Source of the DNA: an uncultured delta proteobacterium
GTDB lineage: Bacteria; Desulfobacterota; Desulfobacteria; Desulfobacterales; Desulfatirhabdiaceae
Assembly: GCA_963789395.1 (NCBI GenBank)
Contig: CAWBKP010000022.1
Coordinates: 64,001 to 128,000 of the forward strand
Reading direction: 5' to 3'
Length of the DNA stretch: 64,000 nt
Positions within the stretch are counted from its first letter, which is position 1, and each line of letters opens with the position of its first letter. Below are positions 41,218 through 50,666 of this stretch, one piece after another. A model generated the notes under the pieces. It was given only the letters and a program-made list of their open reading frames with translations, was not told the DNA's origin and did no database searches. Both the position numbers and the translations under genes were made by a program.

Positions 41218-42291
41218 ATGCCTGAAGTAGCCATAATTATCCCGAGTTTGAATGGATTGCATCTGCTGGAAACCTGCCTTCAGTCGATTTACAATCAAAC
41301 ATTTCGCGCATTTGAAGTCATCCTGGTGGACAATGGATCCTGTGATGGAACTGCGGAATGGCTCGAATGCCATTATCCTGCTGTAAAGATTGTCCGGTTC
41401 ACCGTCAACAAAGGATTCAGTGCCGCGGTGAATGAAGGCATCCGCCGATCCGCTTCGCGCTATGTTTTTTTATTGAATAATGATACGGAACTGGAACGCC
41501 GCTGTTTGGAGTCTCTGGTTCAAACAGCGGATGGCGATGAGGGGTATGCTAGCTTTGCCCCAAAAATGATCCGCTATTCCGACCGGAATGTGCTGGATGG
41601 CTTAGGGGACGGGGTTTTCAGGGGTGGCGGCGGATACCGGCTTGGCAACCGGGAACCGGATGGCATGCTGTGGGAACATCCGATGCGTGTTTTTGGCGCA
41701 TGCGCGGGTGCAGCGCTCTATCGCAGGTCTTTTTTTGAAAATGCAGGCATGTTTGATGAGGATTTTTTTGCATATCTTGAGGATGTGGATATCAACTTCC
41801 GGGCGGTGCGTCTGGGGCTTCGGTGTTTGTCCGTACCCGGCGCAAGGGTCTATCACATGGGCAGCCAGACTTCGGGAAGCCGGCTGAATACATTTACGGT
41901 TTCACATACGACCTATAACATGATCCGGGTGGTGATCCATAATTATCCATTATCCATTTTGATCCGCCAATGGCCTGTTATTGTTATGCATCATTTCGGA
42001 TGGTTCGTGCTGATGCTGTTTAGCCGAAATTTTTCAGCCTATCTTAAAGGAATTCGAGAGGCACTGCGTTGCATGCCATCAATGCTGAAGAAACGCCGTC
42101 AGTGGAACATCCGCAAAACGATTCCAGACAGCCATTTCTGGAAGACAGTTACGTGCTCCGAAATCGATGTCATGGCATGCGTCGTGAGGCGAAGAAGGCT
42201 TCAGGGAAAATCCGCCGGGTGGGTAGGGCTTTACATGAAAGTTTTCCTCCATTCGGATACCATCGGGAAAAAGGCGGGTTGCATCGAATGA
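41218..42291 (+). CDS. GT2 glycosyltransferase
   Basis: VDNGS, NKGFS.AVN, LLNND, GACAGAALY, FDEDFFAYLEDVD. Confidence 0.92.
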   Translation: MPEVAIIIPSLNGLHLLETCLQSIYNQTFRAFEVILVDNGSCDGTAEWLECHYPAVKIVRFTVNKGFSAAVNEGIRRSASRYVFLLNNDTELERRCLESLVQTADGDEGYASFAPKMIRYSDRNVLDGLGDGVFRGGGGYRLGNREPDGMLWEHPMRVFGACAGAALYRRSFFENAGMFDEDFFAYLEDVDINFRAVRLGLRCLSVPGARVYHMGSQTSGSRLNTFTVSHTTYNMIRVVIHNYPLSILIRQWPVIVMHHFGWFVLMLFSRNFSAYLKGIREALRCMPSMLKKRRQWNIRKTIPDSHFWKTVTCSEIDVMACVVRRRRLQGKSAGWVGLYMKVFLHSDTIGKKAGCIE

Positions 42292-43264
42292 AACAGCAGG
42301 TTACGGTGATTGTGGTCAACTGGAACGGCAAGGCATGTCTCATGCAATGCCTGGATGCGCTTCGTCAGCAGTCATTTCAGGATCTGGTTACCATTGTTGT
42401 GGACAATGGATCTGTTGATGGATCAATGGAGGCTGTCAAACGCCAATTTCCTGAAGTTTCCCGCATCGCACTGACAGAAAACCTCGGATTTTCGGCAGCC
42501 AATAACATCGCGATTCGAAGCGTTCAGACAGACTATGTCGCCTTGCTGAATAATGACGCCATTGCTCATTCCTTGTGGCTGGAAACCCTGATTGACGCTT
42601 TGCGCAGAAATCCGGAGGCCGGATTTGCTGCATCGAAAATGCTGTATCAGAATATGCCCCATATCATCGATCGTGCCGGAGACGGCTATACTACCGCCGG
42701 TGCCGGCAGTTTGCGGGGGCGCGGCCAGCCCGCCGATACGTTCTGCCGGGAAGAATGGATTTTCGGTGCCTGTGCCGGTGCGGCTTTATACGAATGGCCA
42801 TGCTTCAGGAAATCGGGCTGTTTGATGAGGATTTTTTTCTGCTTTATGAAGATGTGGATTTGAGCTTCAGGGCACAGCTCAGAGGGTATAAATGCCGTTA
42901 TGTTCCGGATGCGCTTGTGTATCATCAGGCAAGCCGGACCATTGGATATGATTCGATGACTTCCGTATATTATGGACACCGGAATCTGGAATGGGTGTAT
43001 CTTCAGAACATGCCCGGCTCACTGTTGGCCCGAACCGCGATGCGTCATCTGATGTACACAATTGCCGCATTTGGCTATTTTGCCGCAAAAGGTCTTTTAC
43101 CGGCCTATATCCGGGCGAAAAGGGACAGCTTTAAATCATGGAAGACTGTTTTGGATAAACGCAAGAAAAATCAGGCTCAGCGCAGGGTTAAAGATGCGTA
43201 TATCTGGAGCCTGCTTGAGGCGGAACGGAGTTTTTCCCGTTTATCCCATCGGCTGAAAAAATAA
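42288..43264 (+). CDS. GT2 glycosyltransferase, paralogue of the upstream gene (frameshift ~42790)
   Basis: VVNWNG, VDNGS, LLNND, GACAGAAL; continues FDEDFFLLYEDVDL in ORF 42755..43264. Confidence 0.88.
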
Positions 43265-43282
43265 GACGCAAAAGGGAAACCT

Positions 43283-44236
43283 GTGATTGATATTGTTATC
43301 GTAAACTACAATAGTACGGATTATATCCTGAAATGTCTGCAATCCGTTTATGCGGATCTGGATGGATTTCCCGCGACTGTCTGGATCGAGGATAATAACT
43401 CTGCCGACGGGGTAAATCGAATCAGCGATCAGTTTCCGGATGTGGTTCTTTCCCGCAATAAAATAAATCTGGGCTTTGGGGCGGCGGTGAATCGGGCGCT
43501 GGAAAAAGGTATCGCTCCTTATGTGGTTTTGTTGAATCCGGATTCCAGGATACTGGAAGGGTTTTTTTCAAAAATCCTTTCTTTTATGGAACAAAATCCT
43601 CAGATCGCCATTGCTGGGCCGAGGATACTGGACGAGGATGGTGCCATCCAGGGGTCCGCAAGGGCTTTCCCGACGCCGCTGACAGCCTTATTCGGTCGAT
43701 CATCGCTGTTTACCCGGCTTTTCCCCAATAACCCGATCTCCGGCTCCAATATATTGACAAATCGTTCCGATGGCATTCATCCCCTGGAAGTGGACTGGGT
43801 ATCGGGCGCCTGTATGGTGATTCGCAGAAAAGCAATCAATAGGGTTGGTTGCTTTGATGAACGTTTTTTTATGTATTGGGAAGATGCGGATTGGTGCAAA
43901 AGAATGTGGGATGGCGGCTGGAAAGTGGTGTATTATCCGTTGGCCGGTATCGTGCATCATGTTGGCGTCAGCAGCAGTCAGCTTCTTTTGAAATCCAGAT
44001 TTGCGTTTCATAAAAGCGTCTATCTATTGTTTGAAAAATACAGTCCCCAAACCCCCTGGTTAATCAAAATCATGGTGATGGCCGGTCTGGCTGCACGGTT
44101 TTGCATGCTTGCTGTGGTTAACGGTATTACCCGCTGCTCCAAAACGCAAATCGCTTGCGGTCCCGCCACTTCACAAGCAATGCCTGCGCCGGAAAAAACA
44201 AAACGTTGCACTGATCGCCGGACTCAATGTTGGTAG
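43283..44236 (+). CDS. GT2 glycosyltransferase (WbbL-like)
   Basis: IVNYN, NLGFGAAVN, LLNPD, VDWVSGACM, FDERFFMYWEDADWC. Confidence 0.9.
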   Translation: MIDIVIVNYNSTDYILKCLQSVYADLDGFPATVWIEDNNSADGVNRISDQFPDVVLSRNKINLGFGAAVNRALEKGIAPYVVLLNPDSRILEGFFSKILSFMEQNPQIAIAGPRILDEDGAIQGSARAFPTPLTALFGRSSLFTRLFPNNPISGSNILTNRSDGIHPLEVDWVSGACMVIRRKAINRVGCFDERFFMYWEDADWCKRMWDGGWKVVYYPLAGIVHHVGVSSSQLLLKSRFAFHKSVYLLFEKYSPQTPWLIKIMVMAGLAARFCMLAVVNGITRCSKTQIACGPATSQAMPAPEKTKRCTDRRTQCW

Positions 44237-44315
44237 GCCAGCTATTCAAGACCATTTGCCGACAACGGGACTGAATCCGGATCGTTTTGAAACGTGTTTT
44301 GAAGTAATTTTGGGA
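44190..44315 (+). pseudogene. Remnant of a GT4 N-terminus
   Basis: NVALIAGLNVGRPAIQDHLPTTGLNPDRFET resembles the GT4 start ...IIARLNxGGPAxxVxLLxxGLxPxRFE; no downstream GT4 body. Confidence 0.45.
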
Positions 44316-44344
44316 ACACCATCAGAAAAAAGGTTGTACAACAG

Positions 44345-45249
44345 ATGAACATGCTGATTCTTGGCGGAAATGGTTTTATCGGTTCCCATCTTGTTGACAG
44401 GCTCCTTGCAGAAGGCCACAAGGTAAGGGTCTTTGACAAATATGAGGAACATTATCGAAAGCCAGTGGCCGGTGTAGATTACTGTGTCGGCGATTTCGGG
44501 AATCGGGGGCTGCTGTCGGAGGCTCTGGCCGGCATCGATATGGTGTTTCATCTGATCAGTACAACGCTTCCCAAGACATCGAACGATGATCCCGTGTTTG
44601 ATGTTCAGTCCAATATCGTTGAGTCGATATTCCTGCTGGAACAATGTGTCGCCAAAAAAATCCGGAAAGTGATTTTCATTTCTTCCGGCGGGGCAATATA
44701 CGGAAATCCGCTATCCTTGCCCATTTCCGAGAACAGTCCGACCGAACCGGAATGCTCCTATGGTATTACAAAACTTGCCGTTGAAAAATATCTGGCCCTG
44801 TTTAATCATCTTCACGGACTGGACTATGTCGTCTTGCGGCCTTCCAACCCTTACGGCAGCCGCCAGAACCCGGATGGTATTCAGGGGCCATTTCTGTTTT
44901 TCTCGGCAGGATCGCGCAGGGAAAGACACTTGAAATATGGGGAGACGGCCGGGTCGTGCGGGATTATATTTTCATTGACGATCTTATAGACGGGATTTAC
45001 AAGGCGGCTTCCGTTAATGCGCTTTCAAGGGTTTATAATCTTGGCAGTGGAATCGGCCATTCACTGAATGAAATCCTTGACGTGATTCGGAAAGTGACGG
45101 GCAGGGAAATCGATGTTGCGTACAAACCAAAGCGATCTTTTGATATCCCAAGCATTTATCTGGATATTTGCAGAGCAAGACAGGAACTTTCCTGGATGCC
45201 GTCGGTTTCCCTTGAAACGGGAATAGAAAAGACCTGGGCGCTTTATTGA
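44345..45249 (+). CDS. NAD-dependent epimerase/dehydratase (frameshift ~44888)
   Basis: GGNGFIG, SSGGAIYG, YGITK, R.SNPYG, RDYIFIDD, YNLGSG. Confidence 0.9.
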
Positions 45250-45296
45250 GAAATTATATCAATGAGGTTTCGGATATATGCTGATCTGACAGGGAG

Positions 45297-46593
45297 CTGA
45301 AAATCGAAAGTGTTATTTCCAAAACCCGTTTTACCCGGAACATCCTGCTTAATCTTTCCGGTCAGGTGTTTCCGTTGCTGGTTGCTTTTTTTTCGATTCC
45401 AAGACTCATTGCCGGATTGGGAACAGAACGCTTTGGTGTGCTGTCATTGGCATGGATGGTCATTGGATACTTCAGCCTGTTCGATCTGGGACTGGGGCGG
45501 GCTTTAACGAGACTGGTGGCGGAAAAACTGGGAGCGGGCAAGCATGCCGAGATTCCGACGCTGATATGGACGGGCCTGATTTCCATGATCGGGATGGGTC
45601 TTGCGGGAATGCTTCTGGGGATTCCGTTTGTGCCATGGGTGGTTCATAGCGGGCTTCAAATTCCGCCAGCCATGCAACCCGAAACCTTGAATGCCTTCTA
45701 TGTGCTTCTTGCGTCCATTCCGCTGGTCATTGCTTCAACCGGGCTGTTCGGAATTTTAGAGGCATACCATCGTTTTGATCTGACCAGCGCCGTGCGGTCT
45801 TCTCTGGGGATTTATACATTCGCTGCGCCGCTGGTCGGTCTGTTTTTTACAAGGGATCTTTCCTGTGTCATCGGTATTCTGATGGCAGGAAGAATGGTTG
45901 CCGGAGCCGTTCTGCTTCTTTTCTGTATTCACCTTGTACCCCAGTTGAAGACCGGAGTCGGGTTTCGAAAGGATATATTTATGTCACTCATGCGATTTGG
46001 TTCCTGGATGACCATCTCCAACATGATCGGACCGATGATGATATTACCTCGACCGGTTTTGGATCAGTGCCGCAATTTCAGTGGCGGCTGTTGCCTATTA
46101 CACCACGCCGTTTGAAGTGGTGACGCGATTGTTGATCATTCCGGGTGCCATTGCCGGCGTTTTGTATCCGGCGTTTTCCATGAATTTGACGCAGGATCGG
46201 GATCACGCCAGGGCCCTTTTCGTCAAAGGCATTCGATACGTTATTGCAGCTGTTTTTCCCATTGTAACGTTGATTGTCCTCTTTGCCGGCAAAGGACTTA
46301 GATGGTGGCTGAATGCAGAGTTTGCACAAAACAGCACGCATGTCTTGCAGTGGCTTGCAGTCGGGGTGTTGTTCAACAGCCTTGCACAGATTCCCTTTGT
46401 GCTGCTGCATGGGGCCGGACGGCCGGATATTTCGGCAAAGATCCACCTGATCGAGCTGCCCTGTTATCTGCTGGCGCTGTGGCTTCTCGTCTCCAAGATG
46501 GGGATAAATGGGGCGGCAATGGCCTGGTGTGCCAGATCCATGCTGGATGCCGGACTGCTGTTTGGTATGGCGTACCGATTATGTTTGGAGTGA
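45297..46593 (+). CDS. wzx: Wzx-type polysaccharide flippase (start uncertain, frameshift ~46040)
   Basis: NILLNL.GQ..P, LGTERFG, FDLGLGRA, AVAYYT, GINGAA.AW. Confidence 0.85.
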
Positions 46594-46599
46594 TGCCCG

Positions 46600-47625
46600 A
46601 TGATTGTTATGAATCTTCATTCTTGTCCGCTGTGCGGATTTCCCGGAGAATTCATTTACCAGGGATTGAATGACCGATTATTCGATTCGCCAGGCAGCTG
46701 GAATTTGCGAAAATGCAATGGGGCGGATTGCGGGGTGATCTGGATAGACCCCCACCCGACTCCTGATGACCTCAATAAGGCCTATTCAAACTATTACACC
46801 CATTGCGATTCCGAATCCAGTAAGTCCGGCTATTGGGGGCGTCTTTATCAATGGTTTCTTCAGGGATATCTGGCAAACCGGTTTGGATATGATTCAGAAA
46901 AAACAGGCGGATTCCAGAAATGGCTGTCTTCCCTGATTCGGTTTCAGCCGGGATTCCGTGAGGACTTGGATTTCAAGGTGATGTATCTTCCGTCATCATT
47001 CCGGGGCCGACTGCTGGAAGTCGGATGCGGCAGCGGGAACCTGATTGCATTCATGAGACAAAAAGGGTGGACGGTAACCGGGGTGGATACGGATCCGGTT
47101 GCGGTTCAAAAAGCCACTTCCAGGGGGCTGCCGGTATTGTGCGGAAACCTTGAAGACAGCCATTTTTCATCAAACGACATGGATGCCATTGTCCTTTGCC
47201 ACGTGATTGAACATGTTCGTGACCCGGCAGCAACGATTCAGGAATGTTATCGCATTTTAAAGCCTGGCGGCCGCATGATTCTGGCAACGCCCAATCATGA
47301 AAGCTGGGGACATTCCCGATATCGGGAAAATTGGAGAGGGCTGGAGCCGCCTCGACATTTATTTGTGTTTAACCGAACCTCCCTTCTCCGGTTGCTTCAT
47401 CAAGCCGGTTTCAGCAAAATTTACATGCGATCCAGTATTCGTAGATGCAGGCTGGATGATGATTGCCAGCCGATCCATTCAAAACAAGGGAGGCTATGCC
47501 ATGGGCTGTTAATGAACCTTTTCATGTTAGACTCTGGGCTCGGTGCCTGCAACTGCTTGAATGGGCGATCGTTCAATTCCATCCATTCACGGGGGAAGAG
47601 CTATGTGGTGATTGCTGAAAAATAG
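46600..47625 (+). CDS. Class I SAM methyltransferase with N-terminal Zn-ribbon (indels near the 3' end)
   Basis: CPLC...C...CG...P.P, LLEVGCGSG, HVIEH, LKPGG, TPN, EPPRHL. Confidence 0.88.
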   Translation: MIVMNLHSCPLCGFPGEFIYQGLNDRLFDSPGSWNLRKCNGADCGVIWIDPHPTPDDLNKAYSNYYTHCDSESSKSGYWGRLYQWFLQGYLANRFGYDSEKTGGFQKWLSSLIRFQPGFREDLDFKVMYLPSSFRGRLLEVGCGSGNLIAFMRQKGWTVTGVDTDPVAVQKATSRGLPVLCGNLEDSHFSSNDMDAIVLCHVIEHVRDPAATIQECYRILKPGGRMILATPNHESWGHSRYRENWRGLEPPRHLFVFNRTSLLRLLHQAGFSKIYMRSSIRRCRLDDDCQPIHSKQGRLCHGLLMNLFMLDSGLGACNCLNGRSFNSIHSRGKSYVVIAEK

Positions 47626-47674
47626 AAAAACAGGCTGAAAGGAGTTAGCCTCTACGGGAAATGGGGCGGGAGAA

Positions 47675-48982
47675 ATGGCTGTGAAACCATATTCGAAAGC
47701 CGTATGGGGCTGGGCCATGTATGACTGGGCCAATTCGGCATTTGCCACTACCGTGATGGCCGGCTTTTTTCCGCTGTTTTTTAAACAATACTGGAGCATG
47801 GGGACGGATGTCAACACCAGCACCGCGATTCTGGGTTTTGGAAATTCCGCTGCCAGCCTGCTGGTGGCGCTTTGTGCGCCGGTATTAGGGATTTTGGCGG
47901 ATCGGGGAAGAAACCGAAAGACCTTTCTGATCTGTCTGGCCTGCTCAGGTTCATTGGCCACGGCTCTGTTATGGGCTGTTCCAAAAGGGGAATGGCTCTG
48001 GGCCATTATCTGTTACGGCATGGGGCTGATCTGTTTTGCAGGCGCCAACGTTTTTTATGATGCGTTGCTGGTTGTTGTCGCTCCGGCTCCGGATCGGGAT
48101 CGGATATCCAGCCTGGGTTATGCGATGGGATATCTGGGAGGCGGCCTGCTTTTTGTGCTCAATGTCCTCATGGTCCAGCAACCCAGGTGGTTTGGGCTGG
48201 AGAATTCGGGGCAGGCGGTCCAGTATGCGTTTCTTTCGGTTGCACTGTGGTGGGCGGGTTTTACGATATTTTTAATGCTGTGGGTCCATGAAGAAAAAAA
48301 CGTGCTGCCGCCTGCAAGTTCCTTCGATTTCCTGAAACAAGGTGTCCTGCAAATCAGAAATACGGTCCGGCGGATTTTCAGTATGAAGTCGGCCGGGCTG
48401 TTTCTATTATCTTACTGGTGCTATATGGACGGCGTGGATACCATCATCCGCATGGCTGTGGATTATGGGCTGTCCATCGGGTTTACCGGAAAAGACCTGA
48501 TGCTCGCCCTTCTGGTTGTTCAGTTCGTCGGGTTTCCTTCTGCCCTGGCATTCGGATATCTCAGCAGTCTGTGGGGGCCTCGCAACTGTATTTTCGTGGC
48601 TATTGCCGGATACGCGGCCGCCACCCTCTGGGGGGCATTCATGGCGCAGCGGATGGATTTTTACATTCTGGCTGTTGTTATCGGATTGTTTCAGGGAGGG
48701 ATTCAGGCCCTGAGCCGGTCATATTATACGCGTTTTATTCCGGCAGATCAGTCTGCCGAGTATTTCGGGCTGTTCAACATGATGGGGAAATTTTCAGCGG
48801 TCATGGGCCCGGCTTTTGTTGGAATGGTCGGTTTGTTGGTGCGCAAAATCCTGATGCCGGTAACTCCGACATCCGAACATCTGCAATCACGTCGGCCAAT
48901 TGGCCTCGCGCTGGGGAATCGGGTCGATTCTGGTTTTTTTTGTTGCCGGTGCGCTGCTTTTCTTTCTTTCCATAAAATATGA
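47675..48982 (+). CDS. MFS transporter, Atg22/UMF1 family (indel near the 3' end)
   Basis: WAMYDWANSAF, NVFYDALL, DGVDT, GGIQALSRS, EYFG. Confidence 0.88.
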   Translation: MAVKPYSKAVWGWAMYDWANSAFATTVMAGFFPLFFKQYWSMGTDVNTSTAILGFGNSAASLLVALCAPVLGILADRGRNRKTFLICLACSGSLATALLWAVPKGEWLWAIICYGMGLICFAGANVFYDALLVVVAPAPDRDRISSLGYAMGYLGGGLLFVLNVLMVQQPRWFGLENSGQAVQYAFLSVALWWAGFTIFLMLWVHEEKNVLPPASSFDFLKQGVLQIRNTVRRIFSMKSAGLFLLSYWCYMDGVDTIIRMAVDYGLSIGFTGKDLMLALLVVQFVGFPSALAFGYLSSLWGPRNCIFVAIAGYAAATLWGAFMAQRMDFYILAVVIGLFQGGIQALSRSYYTRFIPADQSAEYFGLFNMMGKFSAVMGPAFVGMVGLLVRKILMPVTPTSEHLQSRRPIGLALGNRVDSGFFCCRCAAFLSFHKI

Positions 48983-49048
48983 CACCTGAGAAAATGATCG
49001 CAAGTGGATGCGATGACTTCAAATCAGGGGACTGACTCTGGAGATTTC

Positions 49049-49702
49049 ATGCTGGATTCACATGACGCATCGATTAGCCGTTTCTACCAACAGGCCAATT
49101 GGCTGGCCTTGGTCACCATTTATTATAATCTGATTGAAGGCGCGATTTCAGTCTTTTTCGGCTTTCAGGATGAAACCCTGTCCCTGTTTGGTTTCGGATT
49201 GGATTCGTTTGTCGAAGTGATATCGGGAATCGGTGTCTGGCACATGATTTGCCGGCTTCGGCAATCAACCGAAGCAAATCCGGATCGTTTCGAGCAGCGG
49301 GCATTGAAAATAACGGGCTCGGCATTTTACCTTCTGACAGCGGGACTGACGGCGACAGCGATTTACAATATCTATTCAGGACATCGTCCGGAGACAACTT
49401 TCTGGGGGATCGTTATTTCTCTGATTTCAATCGGAACCATGTGGGCCCTTGTTTATTTCAAGGTGAAAGTGGGAACCGCCTTGAATTCTCAGGCCATTCT
49501 GGCAGATGCCGGATGTACCCGGACCTGCTTGATCCTGTCTGGAGTTTTGCTGGCAGCCAGCCTCATTTATGAGGTGACCGGGTTTGGGGGGGTGGATTCC
49601 CTTGGCTCAATTATTATTGCCTGGCTGTCTTTCAGGGAGGGCCGGGAAGCTTTTGAAAAGGCCAGCGGTATGTGCGGCTGTAGCTGTTGCGCTAAAGAAT
49701 AA
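49049..49702 (+). CDS. Cation-efflux (CDF-like) membrane protein
   Basis: YNLIEG, GFGLDSFVE, AILADA, D...REG.EA; Cys-rich tail CGCSCC. Confidence 0.78.
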   Translation: MLDSHDASISRFYQQANWLALVTIYYNLIEGAISVFFGFQDETLSLFGFGLDSFVEVISGIGVWHMICRLRQSTEANPDRFEQRALKITGSAFYLLTAGLTATAIYNIYSGHRPETTFWGIVISLISIGTMWALVYFKVKVGTALNSQAILADAGCTRTCLILSGVLLAASLIYEVTGFGGVDSLGSIIIAWLSFREGREAFEKASGMCGCSCCAKE

Positions 49703-49813
49703 GAAAGTTCAGACGAATCGGCGGGGGAAGGGGCTGACCGAAAGCTTCCCGTGCCGCGTCAGGCAGATACCCGTTGTCTCCACCTGACTTGGCAAGGTCT
49801 TTGAAAAACAGCA

Positions 49814-50542
49814 TCAGAGGCTGAATGTAACAGCATAAACTTTCCGGGTGTCGTTTTCAATGATTTGAATACGAAGACTCAAAGCTGAGGCGGCTTCCCC
49901 CGGGAAAAACAGGAATCCATGTGCAAGGGTTCCAGGTTCTATGGGGGCATTTTGAAGGGATTTATCCCGCATGTCATTGATAATGGCCCTATTGGGTTCA
50001 TTTGATGCAGCCCCCCCGACCCCGCCGATTACAGCGCCGGCTGCTGCGCCGACTGCCGCGCCCTTGCCGATGGCTTCGCCGATTCCCCCTCCGGAGACAA
50101 TGCCGATGGCTGCGCCTATAACAGCGCCGGCAGCCGCACCCAGAAATCCTTTTTGTGCGCCTTCCTTAAAGACTTCCTTGGTCTGTGCATATTTGGTGGC
50201 TCTTTCATTTGCAACCCGGGTGGTCAGAATCGGCCAGAGATTGCCGTCCAGATCTTCGAGAAAGCATTGATTGCCGATGACTTCAATTTCATGTGGCCCC
50301 TGGTTATCGAAAACGACCTGAACCGGCAGCATGCCGGCGCCTATCACATCAAAACCGAATATCTGCCTGGCTTCTTCTGGGTTGGCGTATGCCTTGGCGG
50401 CAATTTGTGCGCCGCCGACATCAACGGCGTTGCCATAGGATGAAGGCGTTCTGAAGGATAAGGGCTTGGCCACATACGCCGTGGAACAGCCCGCAATCCA
50501 CATGATGACCCATAACAACAAAAATACGGTCCATCGTTTCAT
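49814..50542 (-). CDS. Glycine-zipper lipoprotein
   Basis: Lipobox IAG|C; GAAAGAVIGAAIG...GAAVGAAAGAVIGG. Confidence 0.8.
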   Translation of the reverse strand: MKRWTVFLLLWVIMWIAGCSTAYVAKPLSFRTPSSYGNAVDVGGAQIAAKAYANPEEARQIFGFDVIGAGMLPVQVVFDNQGPHEIEVIGNQCFLEDLDGNLWPILTTRVANERATKYAQTKEVFKEGAQKGFLGAAAGAVIGAAIGIVSGGGIGEAIGKGAAVGAAAGAVIGGVGGAASNEPNRAIINDMRDKSLQNAPIEPGTLAHGFLFFPGEAASALSLRIQIIENDTRKVYAVTFSL

Positions 50543-50666
50543 GGTTTTCCTCTATGATGTCTGAATATCCGGTCCAAAGGCTTCCCGTCTTGCCGGACGT
50601 GATCCTGCGCCCAGACCTTGCTTTACGCTATAATCAAACTGGATTCCGGATATTGCCGGAATATTC

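Noticed and set aside
49718..49758. GC-rich hairpin between convergent genes as a terminator or ncRNA
   Set aside because: Imperfect stem with no adjacent U-tract; insufficient support.
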